From: Diplonema japonicum
Lineage: Eukaryota > Protista > Euglenozoa: Diplonemea
Assembly: GCA_964019335.1 (NCBI GenBank)
Contig: OZ025735.1
Span: 345,586-409,585, forward strand
DNA: 64,000 bases
Reading direction: 5' to 3'
Shown here: positions 35,338-46,306 of the stretch, piece after piece
Layout: each line of letters starts with the position of its first letter
How positions within the stretch are numbered: the stretch's first letter is position 1
Position numbers and translations under genes: made by a program
Notes under the pieces: generated by a model
Databases searched by the model: none
Seen by the model: only the letters and a program-made list of their open reading frames with translations
What the model was told of the DNA's origin: nothing

Positions 35338-36899
35338 AAAAAAAAAAAGCGGTGATGTAATAGCTGTCTCTCTTTTAGCCATCTGTGCGGAAGCATCAAC
35401 CTGGACACAAAAAAAAAAGAAGAAGAATTGAAACACACACTACAAGGATGTCTCATGCCGGTGTTTGCTGGTATTCTTTTTCTTTTTTCTCTCTTTTTTT
35501 TTCTCCCATAGTGCTTGTTTTTTTTCTTCTTCTTCTTTTTCTTTTTTCCCCCCTTCTTTTTCTTGTTTCTTCTCCAGCTATGTGGCGAGGACCTGTTTGT
35601 GAAATCTTTGAAAAAGAAAAATTGGCTCCCTCAAGTCCTTTCCCTTCCCATTGTATAATTAAAGTGAGTGAAGTCGGCCTGACTGTATCCCCTCGATATG
35701 CAGGTTTCTCTTCAACAGGATTGCATTTTGCATTTTTTTTGTTCCCCTTTTTGGTCTGACGCCGTCGGCCCTTTGTTCTTTTTTCTCTTTTGCCCGACTC
35801 TTTGTTGCTTTTCCTAACTTTCTTGTGGAAATTTTATGAGTGACAGCAAAAAAGGAAGGTGACACAAAGAGTTCTTTTTTTTTTTTTTTAAAGAAAGAAA
35901 TTAAAAAGCCTGACGGCGAAAGAAATTGGTCATGAGGTTACTGTTTTTTTTTGGGGGGGGAAAGAAAAAAATATTTTTATTCCAACACAAACTATGACAC
36001 CGTGGCATAATTCAACTCGAGTTCCCAGGTTTAAAGAGGAAGAAAAAAAAAGAAGGAAAAAAAAAAACATGAACAGTTAAGTAAGTCATATCGGTAAGTA
36101 AGTAGTTTTATCACCCCTGTCGTCATTTCGAGTCGCTTGCAGCTTAGTTTTTTCTCTTTTCTTTTTTAAGGGGTACTTACATGTTCGCCACCCATCATTT
36201 CACCGATGGTGATTATTGTACTGACAAATAAAAAGAAAATCTCACAAATTTCCATCGTAAAAGTGAAGGGAAGCGACTAAAGAGCTGAAATTTATCTGCG
36301 ATTTTCTTTTTCTTTTTTTGGACCAAGGATGCCGTCGTGACTTGTGTCACCTTGATGTTAAAAGATCGACTTTCCCTCCCCCCCCTTTTTTTTTAAAAGG
36401 TAAACAAACGTACTCCCCTCCCCCTTCACCTTCTATTCTTTTTGATTGCTTTTATTAAGGTATCTTTCACCGTTACTGCACAGGTTTGGCAACCTGGGCT
36501 CTCAAGTGGAACCGTACAGGAGGTGTGTGTTAACGAAACGGGGCTTGTGGTTGCCTGGGTGCCAAGGTTGTAGAGCGTGTTGGAGCCACGACATGGAAAC
36601 GGCTTCTTATCTCTTTATTATCTTTTTCGCCATTTAGTTGCGACAGACATTTTACACCCCCTGCCCACCCCCCACTGTTTTATTTTTGTTTTTCTCAGCT
36701 TTTCCATTTTTTTTTATTCTGGTTTTCTTTTATGATTTTTTTTTTCTCATTCGTTTTTGTTTCTTGTTTCTTTTCTTTTTTTCTTTTTCCGATTTCAGAA
36801 TTCGACTCGGGAGGATCAACCTTAAAGGGCCAGAAAAGAAAAAGAAAAGAAGAAAATAAAAATAAAAAGACCATGCCCATCTAATCAACATTATATGCA

Positions 36900-39800
36900 A
36901 TGGAGTACATTGACCAGCTGAAGACAGAGGAGGAAGTGTGGAAATGTGTCTTGGAAGAGCTGATGGAACGACGGCTCTTAGCTGAGGAGGAGCTCGAAGG
37001 TCGGAAGAAAATAAAAGAGTCGGAGGTAAGGGGGTGCATGATGAAGGAACCCGCGATGAACGAGAGTTTCGGGAGGGCGTACAATAGCACGAGCCACGTT
37101 GTGGTGGTGACTGCTCCTCCGGTGCAGATGTATATCATCTCTTCATTGATGTCTAGAACTGACACCCAGCTTGTGTCGATCTGCCCCATTACAGGAAGCC
37201 TTAGTTACACAGGTGCCCATGGGGTGGACGTTTTTCCTTGTGAGGAGGCCGCGCTCGAGTACCTCACCAAGACTCTCAACCTCAACATCGCTCAGCAGAC
37301 ACGTGGCGTTGCAATAGCCGGCATTGCTAATGGGCATCTTGCGCTGATCACGTCCTCCCAGCTGACCGCAACGCTCCCCTGCGGAGCCTCCATCTTCACA
37401 GTAACCTCCGCCAGGTGGTTTTCCCCCATTTTGCATCTCAACCGCAAAAAGGGCTCGCAAAAGGAGGAGGAGCTCCTATCCTCTTTCCCGTTGGCCCATG
37501 CGCACTTCTACTCCGAGGACACAAACCTCACCTCCTCCTATCCCGCAGGGTCCGTCCCATGCCCTGAGTTCCATTGGAACGAAGAACTTAGCAAGGAATT
37601 CAAACACATCGGCCTCGAGGGTTGGTGTGTGTCCCTTCTCCAAGGCTACGCCGTGTCGAAGCAGCTCCCTGCTGACGATGGTAAAAGGGAATACGTATGC
37701 TTAATCGCAAAGAAGAGCAGGCAGCACCCTGGGTCGAGGTACATCGCCAGGGGGCTGAACAGCGAGTCGGCACCTGCGAACGAGGTCGAGTGCCAGATGC
37801 TGATGTGGAGGGAGGTGGACGGGATGGTGGAGCGACAAAAGGCACCGAAGCGAACCGCAGCAGACGAGAAGCGTGACAGAGAGCTCTTCGACATGCTCGT
37901 CTCTGGCGACGACAGCTCCAGCTGCAGGAGCGAGTCCTCAAGCGCATCAAGCTGTGCGTCTGAGTGCAACGGCCCGTCCTTGGGCTCAAGCCATTCCGAG
38001 TCTAGTCGACGCAAAGGAGCACCCGCACACGCCCTTTGGGCATCTTACCTCTGGCGCCGTGGGACCATCCCGCTTCACTGGTCCTCCGAGCTCAACGGCA
38101 AGGCCCACATAGGCAAGGCTGCCATCGTGCTGCAGTCCGACCCCCACAAAGGCACTGCCACATACTTCGCATCTCTCGTGAACCACCTCAAACAATGGAA
38201 GGGCTACACAGGGAAGCAAGGCGTAACCTGCATTTCCCTGCTCCACACAGACCCCGACCACTCGGAGATAGAGCTCGGGGACGCCTACTCAGAGGCTGTT
38301 AAGATGGAGGAGACGCAGAAACTAGGCATCGAGATGTGTTTGTTTGATTGGCACAAGGTGAACAAGACACTAGGTCTGGACAAGGCACCAGACGTGGCAT
38401 GGGAGTGCTTGGAGAACACTCTGAGGAGGCATGGGTTTGCAGCGGGGAAGATACGGAACGGGGAGACGTCGAACGAGGTGGAGTTCATGGAAGAGCAGCA
38501 GGGCGTGGTGCGGGTGAACTGTGCAGACTCGCTGGACAGGACCAACGGGTGCACATACTTGGTGGCGCTGCAGATGGCGACGGAAATGCGGCTATGGCTT
38601 AAGGGGGGCAAGAGGGGAGAGTTCGAGTGCTTGAAGGGCATTGCAGGTGCGCGCAGCCGTGTAGGGGAAGGGTGTGTTGATGTGCTGTGCAACCTTTTTA
38701 TCCAGTGTGGTGATGTTCTGTCCCAGCTGTATACTGGCACGGTGGCGGCCTACAGCGACTCCATCCGCCAGTTCACGTCCAGAACCAGCAAGGCGCAGCA
38801 CAGCAACACCATGCTCTCGGTGCTCAGGAGGTATCAGAACGTGGTCTATGACCCGTGGCGGGCAGACTCCTTCACGGCTTTTCTCCGCAGCCGTGACGGC
38901 TCGAAGAAGTTGCACTGCCTCACCGACCGTCCCAGCGACGTGATCAGAGCGTCGCCCCCCCTCCCCGTCGATTTGCTGCACGACACCGAACGGCAGCTGT
39001 ACAGCCTGCCGCCTGATGTAGCGTTGCTCACAGTAGTTGTCGCCCTGCACCCGAACTCACAGCCGACGGACATCGCGATCTGTATCAGGAGTCTGAACGG
39101 CAAGGTGCCTGGTGCTATGGACGTGTATGTCGGGCGCCACACCGACTCCCTGGAGCCTGTCATTGTGAACGCGAGCGTACCGATTTGCAACGACGGTACT
39201 TGGTTGGTGTACGAGCTGCCGAAGGGGAACCCGTACCCTGTGGGAAGCAGGCTGGTACAAATCTCCCTGCGGGACATGGAGGGCACGGGCATGGTGGTCG
39301 GACAGCTGCGGGTACTCGGGACATCAAGCAGGATAGGCACACTACCCGACCCACTCCATGAAAACACGAACATGGCGAAACACCCTAGCGCCTTCGTCTC
39401 ACAGATCACACCCTACACAGAGAACAGCAACTGTATGCTGGAAGGGGGCGGCGGGGGTCCCGGGTGGGATATCCCGCAAGGTGTGAAGGGTCGGATGCTC
39501 GTTGTCCTGGCTGACCTATGCAGCGTCTCACACATCGAGGTGGAGTGTGATGCAAAATGCGAGTTTTCAGTGAGCTCAGGAACGACTGAGGACAACCTTG
39601 TACCGTTCGACTTGGGGAAGGGGAGCATTGCACCCTTCGACTTGATCGGCATAGGCGGGGAAGTCATGAGGGTGCTGTGCTTGAAGTTCAAAGGACTCAG
39701 CAATGAAGCACTGACCGTGAAGAAGGTCAACGTTATTGGAAAAAAGGCGTGTGTGTGCCCTGTGCCCAGCCGAGGGACAATTCCCTGTGGAACACCCTCT

Positions 39801-40187
39801 TCTTATAGCTCATGCAAAGCGAGTGTTACCCGAGCCGATAGACACGTGGAAGTGAAGTTATCGGAGAAAACTATCGTCTCTGCGGTAAGGGTCAAACCGG
39901 ACCTTAGTGGTGGTGACCCAACAACCCAAGCTCGTGAGGTGCGGGTCACTTTGCTGCTTAACACAACGGCTCTCCGTGCTGATGTTATCACTATTCCAAA
40001 GTGTTTGAAAGGAACACCTCTCGACTTCCCAATACCTCCTATGAAGTGTTCGATGGTATGATAGAAAAGGAGGAGGAAAGAAAGAAAAAGAGTTTTTTTT
40101 TTTTTTAAGGTACATTTCGATGTGTTAGCGACTTATGGAGGCCCCTGTGGGAATATTGGAAAATGCCAGGCATTGAAATCCAAATAA
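36900..40187 (+). CDS. SAC9: SAC9-like phosphoinositide phosphatase; intron 40056-40109 (start could be 37056)
   Basis: TSHVVVVT...YIISSLMSRTDTQLVSICPITGSL, HPGSRYIARGLN, WRRGTIPLHW, catalytic RVNCADSLDRTN (SAC9-type CADSLDR variant of CX5R). Confidence 0.85.
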
Positions 40188-40416
40188 AATAAATTTAAAA
40201 AAAAAAAAAAAGTAGGGAGGGAGGGGTTTGTTTTTTTTTTTTTCCTCCTTTTTCGCTTAGTATTTCGTATCAATTTCTTTTTTAAAGTTTTATCTGCTTC
40301 GAAAAAAAAAAAAAAAAGAGGGGGAGATATGATCGAGAACTTTTTAAAAAAGAAGCCGAGGGGGGGGGGGGGGGGGGGGGGGGAATCTGTATTTTCTCCG
40401 CTTTTTTTTCTTAAAA

Positions 40417-40731
40417 AAACACAGCATGCAGGGCACGGAAGAAGCGACGCCCCTTCCCAGCGGACGAGAGAAAAAGAGTGAAGTCCCTCATCGCCATTGG
40501 AGGAAAGGCAGCTATTGGTTTCTCCAGGAGGCCTATTTTCGCCACCCGCTCCACGCACGACAAGCTAATGGAGTTGAAAGCCGACTACAAGCGGGACCGC
40601 ATCACACGACTCCGCAAGACGCTCACGGCCTCAATCGGGATGAAAGCAATGCTCCAGAAGGGAGTATTAACAGATAGACCCCCCCTCCCATAGGGCGGCC
40701 CTCTAGCGGGGGGCTTGTCCTGTACTTTGAG
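40417..40731 (+). mobile_element. 5'-truncated copy of the non-LTR retrotransposon at 60254-61771
   Basis: About 315 nt near-identical to 61455-61771 (one substitution and one G indel seen), same 3' end TGTACTTTGAG. Confidence 0.92.
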
Positions 40732-41387
40732 TTTCTTTTTCCTCTTAATCTTCGACCCTATCTTTTTTTTGTTCCCCCCCCATTTTTTTTTCTACTGTAT
40801 CCAAAACAACTGCTGTTCAGTTTCTTGTAAGAACTGGAAAAAAAAAAGAAAAGAAATAAAATAGGCAGCATGTTAATCTACCCCCCCCCCCTGATTTATA
40901 TCATGCGCAAAAAAACTCTTAATTTTTGTTTCACTTTCTTTTTCTTATTGCCCCCCCCCGAGTGCAGTGAATAGGGGGGCCCTACCAGTAAACACATTTG
41001 AATCAAAGAAAAGATGTGGAGAAAAAAAAAAAGAATGAAAAAAAAAAAAGCATTTTTTTTTATTTTCTACGATTTACATAATTTTCTAAGTTGCCAAAGT
41101 AGCCCCCCCTAATAAAAAAAAGAGACACGAATTAACGTAAACCCGCGTCAGTAAAAGGGAAAAGACTCTAAGTTGATTATTTATACAGAAAGGGGGGGGA
41201 GGGAGAGGGGAGTTACCATTGAGAGGGAAAAAAAAATCAACTTGTAGAACATGTCCCCCCCCCCCCCCCCCCCCCCCCCTCCCTCCCCTTTTTTTACCTC
41301 AAATCATTTCCCTTTAAAAAAAAAGAAAAAAAAAGAAGGGCACAAAAAAAAAACCCCCCCCTTTCCTCTAACACTTTCAAATATTAT

Positions 41388-42504
41388 ATGAGCAATGGTT
41401 CTGAAGAATGCACATGGGTGCCTTCGGGGGAGAAATGGAGCTGGCAAGGAGGTGCAGCGAGCGCAGAGGTAGTCACAGCGGTGGAGGAACCCAAGGTTTT
41501 GTGCCTTGGGGACGGCATTTTCAGCTCGCTGGTGCATAATGGGAGGTTTTCCGACCTCCTGCAGAGCCTAGGTCTTGTCACTGCCACTGTGAGCAGTATA
41601 ACTGAGGCCCTTGGCCTTGCTGAGACAGCAGATATGGACGACTGGTGCGCGCCTTCGGTGCACACCATAGTCCTTTGTTTGGGTGCATTCGATGTGAAGA
41701 GGAAGACTGCAGAGCAGGTATTTTATTATACCCCCCCTTTTTTTTAAACAAAAAAAAAAAAGGTCCGCGACGGGATTCTGCAAATCGCTGAAACAATCGC
41801 AAAATCAAGCAACGAAAGGGTTGAGAGGGACGACGACGCCCTCCCCCAACAAGTATGGGAGAACAACAACAATAGCAACAAAAAAAAAAAAAAAAAAAAA
41901 AGATCATCATATACGGAGTCCCTCCGACTGACGCCTCCTTTTCAGCAGAAGAGGCAGTGCAGACAACTGCAAAGGTGAACAGCATGCTATCTTTTGAGAC
42001 GCTGGAGAAGTACCCGTACTTGGCAAGCCTAAAAATGCAGAGAATGCTATCCTTGGACTGCGGTCTATACAACCAGCTGAACGTGAAAGAGGAGCTACAC
42101 CATAGGGAGGTGTCGTTGAACTCTAGGTACGTTTTTTTTTTTTTTTTTTTATCCCACAAAAATACAGGGGTATTGGGGTGTTGGTCCAGAAGCTCATTGA
42201 TGATGTTCTGCCAAAATGGCCTGGTGGGAACCCTCCGGTTGGTATCTTTGAAGGAATGAAGCAGCTAGGGCTCAAGGGCGAGCAGAAGTATTTCCCGTTC
42301 ACGGTGACCTCTGCAGCAATGCAAAGGAAGTTCGCTGACCAGAAGTCCTCGCAAGCGAACGCCATTCCTTCCTCGAAATCCTGGGCCACCATAGCTGCCA
42401 CACAGCGCTCGCACAACGCTGCTAGCAAATTGGACTCTGTGACTAACTTTTCCCGTTTAAGAGGCATGCGTACTGTTCTCCGGGCTCATGCCACCCCAGT
42501 CTGA
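41388..42504 (+). CDS. SGNH/GDSL-fold protein, catalytic motifs degenerate; exons 41388-41717, 41763-41852, 41903-42126, 42168-42504
   Basis: VLCLGDGIF (block I), IVLCLGAFDV (block III), IIIYGVPP, AKVNSML; three GT-AG introns give a 326-aa frame. Confidence 0.7.
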
Positions 42505-42520
42505 AAGATGACGACGAACT

Positions 42521-42560
<40 letters not shown>

Positions 42561-43456
42561 TGCAACCACAACCCCTCCCCCCTTGTCACATAATTTCCTC
42601 TTTTTTTTTTTCTTCTTCCTTTTAGTTCCTGGTTCTGTTTTCTTTTTTTTTTTTCTTGTGTTTTTATATTTTTTTTTTTTTTACGCTCATTATCTCTAAA
42701 ACTTTTTTAGCACCCCCCCCTCCCCTGTGCTTTCGGAGGGCACAGAAAATTTGCTGTTTTTCAAAATAATGGCTGCAATATCATCTGCTTTTTTTTTCTT
42801 GGAAAAAAAAAGTGCCCAAAAACTACTTAGGGTGTAAAGGGTGACTACAACAGTCCCCCCCGAGGATCTTTTACAAAATTCCCTCCTGTAGCCCCCTTAG
42901 AGGAAGTCCAGGATTGACCAGGCAGGTTTTAGAGATATGGGGCGATATTTTTTTTAGAATAGTCAAAGTGGTTTTTTTACTAAGGCTTCCCTTCTCCCTC
43001 TCATGGAGCAGAGAAATAGAAGAGAAGGTGATGTCGTGCTTTTTTGCAGAGAGAAAACGGAAAAATAAATTTAAAAAAAAAAATAAAGCAAAAAACAAAA
43101 AAGAAATGCGTGAGAAGACCCTTAAAGAAAAAAGGAGGAAGAACGAAAAATTATTTTTCTTGGTGAGGGGGGGGGTCGTTCCTAACACTTCTCCCTCCAT
43201 CATTACGTTAAAAAAAAGAAATTCTCTTTTCTTCTATCTGGTTTAAAAATCAAAGAAAAAAACGAAACAAAAAAAAAAAAAAACAAAAAAAGAAAAAGAT
43301 ATTGTTCTTATTCCTTGTCTTTCCCCTTCCCCTTCCGTTTATTATGATGACACCCTTCCCCCCCCCCCCCCCCCCCCCTCCCCCCATTTTTCTTTTTCGC
43401 AAAAAAAAAACTTTTTTTTTAAAAAAAGGATTTTTTTTTCTTTTCTATCTTCCATA

Positions 43457-44524
43457 ATGGAACCGGACGGAAGAGAGGTGATGTTTTTGCGAAACGCGGT
43501 GACGCAGCTTACAAAGCAATTGGAGGAGCAAACTATTCTTATGGACGACATGGCAGCGGAGCTGCGAGAAAGAGGGAGGAATGAAGCCAGAATAGTACGG
43601 TCAGGGGTCATAGCAGAGGGCAAGATGGAGGCCTACACAAAGCGTCTTGAGCACCAAGTCATGGAACTAGAAATGACGCTCGACAGTGAAATAAAAGCAC
43701 GACACCACCTAGAAGAACAGCTCAAGATCGCGGCTCATCCCACTGATAGCACAGAAACCTGGGAAAACACAACAGCTACAATTACTTATCTGCAGAAATC
43801 GTTGCTTGTCTCAGAATCGAAATACATGAGGGACACCGCAGCACACCTCGCCGAGATAAACCTCGCAAAAAAGCATTTCGTGAAGGTGTCGCAGTTTCTG
43901 TCGACCCTTATGCTTGACATCCGCGATCTTACGAAGGCCGCGGCGTCGGATTCACCAGACACCGATCCGAACCTTTTCCTTTCAACCCCTTTAGAAGTGT
44001 GGGAAGACTTATGTCACTCCCTGCGTATATCTGATGAAAATCCATCTCCGACCGATGATTCCTCCTTGTGCGGGACATATTTGGACAGACTTGCCGGTGT
44101 TGCTGAAAATTGCCTTGGTAACGATGGCACCGTTGATGTGGAGAAGTTAAAAACGGAATCAGACGGTATAATGAAGGATCTTAGAACCCGGCACGGGTTG
44201 GACTTCTCCAACTTTGAAAAAATAGCCCAGCGTCTCCAGAAATCGCTGTCGTGTCTCTCCACTGAGGTCCACTCTTGCTGCTCTATTTATGGGACGCAAC
44301 GACGTGCGCTGCACACCATCAAGCAGGACCTGAACTCGAAGAAGGTTTTGATCGCCGATTTGGAACGGGAGCTCGCCAGGGTGACGTCGGAGATGAGCGG
44401 TTGTGTAAACAGCGCGGCTGCCTTGAACGAGGCAAACGCCGAACTCGAAGCGGCGAAGGAAGAGAACAGGATGATTAAGCTGTTCATGAGTCGGATGAAG
44501 ATGTCCGAGTTTGCGGTTTCGTGA
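43457..44524 (+). CDS. hypothetical coiled-coil protein
   Basis: 355-aa intronless ORF with heptad-rich ends. Confidence 0.75.
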   Translation: MEPDGREVMFLRNAVTQLTKQLEEQTILMDDMAAELRERGRNEARIVRSGVIAEGKMEAYTKRLEHQVMELEMTLDSEIKARHHLEEQLKIAAHPTDSTETWENTTATITYLQKSLLVSESKYMRDTAAHLAEINLAKKHFVKVSQFLSTLMLDIRDLTKAAASDSPDTDPNLFLSTPLEVWEDLCHSLRISDENPSPTDDSSLCGTYLDRLAGVAENCLGNDGTVDVEKLKTESDGIMKDLRTRHGLDFSNFEKIAQRLQKSLSCLSTEVHSCCSIYGTQRRALHTIKQDLNSKKVLIADLERELARVTSEMSGCVNSAAALNEANAELEAAKEENRMIKLFMSRMKMSEFAVS

Positions 44525-44705
44525 AACGGAAAGAGGAAAAGAAGAAGGAGAAAAAAAAAAATAATAAAATGAACATAAAAATTTTGTTGTACCCTGCATA
44601 GAACCCTTTTAAAAAAAGATTTTTTTTTTTGAAATTTTCCAGAAAAAAAAAAAAAGAAAAAAAAAACATTGTAAAGCGGGGGAGAAGGGGGGGGAAAAAA
44701 AAAGG

Positions 44706-45579
44706 ATGCCAGGGGGGGACAGTTTTTCAGGCATTGTCCCCTCTCCCCCTTCTACACGGAGAACTTTCAACGGCACCCATTCACCCCGTCTCCCGCCGTC
44801 TCTCTTCGGGTGTTCCCCCCGTGTCGTGTGCGATACGAAGGAAGCACATCCTGACCCTGCGCATCTCCCGCTGTTCTCGTCCTTTCAGGAGGCATGTGTC
44901 GTTAGGTCACCGTTGCCCCCATTCCAGCAAATGAACACGTTTAACTCATCTATGAAGCCTTCTGACATGAAGAAGCAACGCGTGGCGTTCATGCCCGCTA
45001 CAAGGGAGACAGATCTGGTGAAGAAAGAGGACCTTTTGAAGGTAAACGGGCGGGGAAAAAAAAAAAAGAAAAGAAAAAAAAAAAAAAAAAAAACACAGCC
45101 CGGACCAGGCACGTATACTTTAGACAGTTCATTTAGCATCGCAGTCGCGAAATGCACAGAAATGTGTGAAATATACAGCCCTATGAGGTATTGATATCTT
45201 CTTCGTGATTTTTTCCCCTCATAGAGCGAAGCACATCACATCGAATAAGGGGACGATGTCGGTGACCCCTCGAATGCGTCCTAACATGTCGTTAGGAAAG
45301 GGTCCTGGATGTTATGCGGCACCGTTATCCACGCTGAGGGTGTCTGTGCAGGGCAAAGGCAACACGAACGCTGTTTTCGGGGGGTCGAGTAAAATTGACA
45401 GAGCAGAGTGGACAAAGGCGTCAGCAGGGTCCACCACCGCAGCGGTGCCGCATGTCTACGACAGGCAGGTAGACACATGGAACAAGTCCAGCTTCAACAA
45501 AATACTGAATATTGCGAGCCGATCAACGATCAAGCAGGGCCACATGCCGGTAGTACCGCAGCCTTTAAGGCTTTTGTAA
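44706..45579 (+). CDS. SHIPPO/PGP-repeat (ODF3-like) protein; introns 45042-45098, 45188-45224
   Basis: PGPGTY and GPGCY repeats after splicing. Confidence 0.7.
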
Positions 45580-45696
45580 AAGAAAAAAAAAAAAAGAAAA
45601 AAAAAAAAACCCCCCGATATCATACGTTTACACGTAAAACAAATTGCTGCAATGGGCCTGTTCTTTTTCTTTTTCTTCTTTTTTTTTATCGGTCAG

Positions 45697-45730
<34 letters not shown>

Positions 45731-45742
45731 CAATCTCAGGAG

Positions 45743-46171
45743 ATGTCCCTGCATGTCCTCACAGCATGGGAGATCCTTCGTAGGCAGATCGCCTCTGATG
45801 GCACGGTGACAGAGGCAACCATGCAGGACCTCAACGGGCTGTTTCAGAAATTACTGCCGTCGGCTTTGGAGATAATCGATCGGGGATGGGTGCACAGGGT
45901 GTGCAGCCCGTGCGGGAGGACCCTCCACGTCGTGAAGGGCCGCTCTGAGTCGCAATACGTGTGCATCGGTGATTACTGCCCTTGCAGGTTCTACCTCAAC
46001 ACAGTCGTCCCTGGCGATGCGATGCTTTGCAAGCATCTTCTTGCGGTGCATCTCCGCGACGTGCTGCAACCACCTTTACAAGTGAAACAAGTCAGCGATG
46101 CCGAGTACGCCAACTACCTCCTCTCGAAGACTGAAACCATCCAGTCCCCTGTGAAGCGGCGCATTACCTAA
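45743..46171 (+). CDS. ZSWIM7: SWIM zinc-finger protein ZSWIM7/SWS1 (Shu complex)
   Basis: ALEIIDRG.V..V.SPCGR....V.G, YCPC..Y...V......CKHLLAV. Confidence 0.88.
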   Translation: MSLHVLTAWEILRRQIASDGTVTEATMQDLNGLFQKLLPSALEIIDRGWVHRVCSPCGRTLHVVKGRSESQYVCIGDYCPCRFYLNTVVPGDAMLCKHLLAVHLRDVLQPPLQVKQVSDAEYANYLLSKTETIQSPVKRRIT

Positions 46172-46194
46172 CTATGCGGGAGGGGGGAAAGTTT

Positions 46195-46228
<34 letters not shown>

Positions 46229-46306
46229 CATCTTTCTTTATCCCATTGTGTCCTTGTTTATTATTTTTCTCTCTTTCTTTTTTTTGAAAATCACTCCAGG
46301 GTAGAG

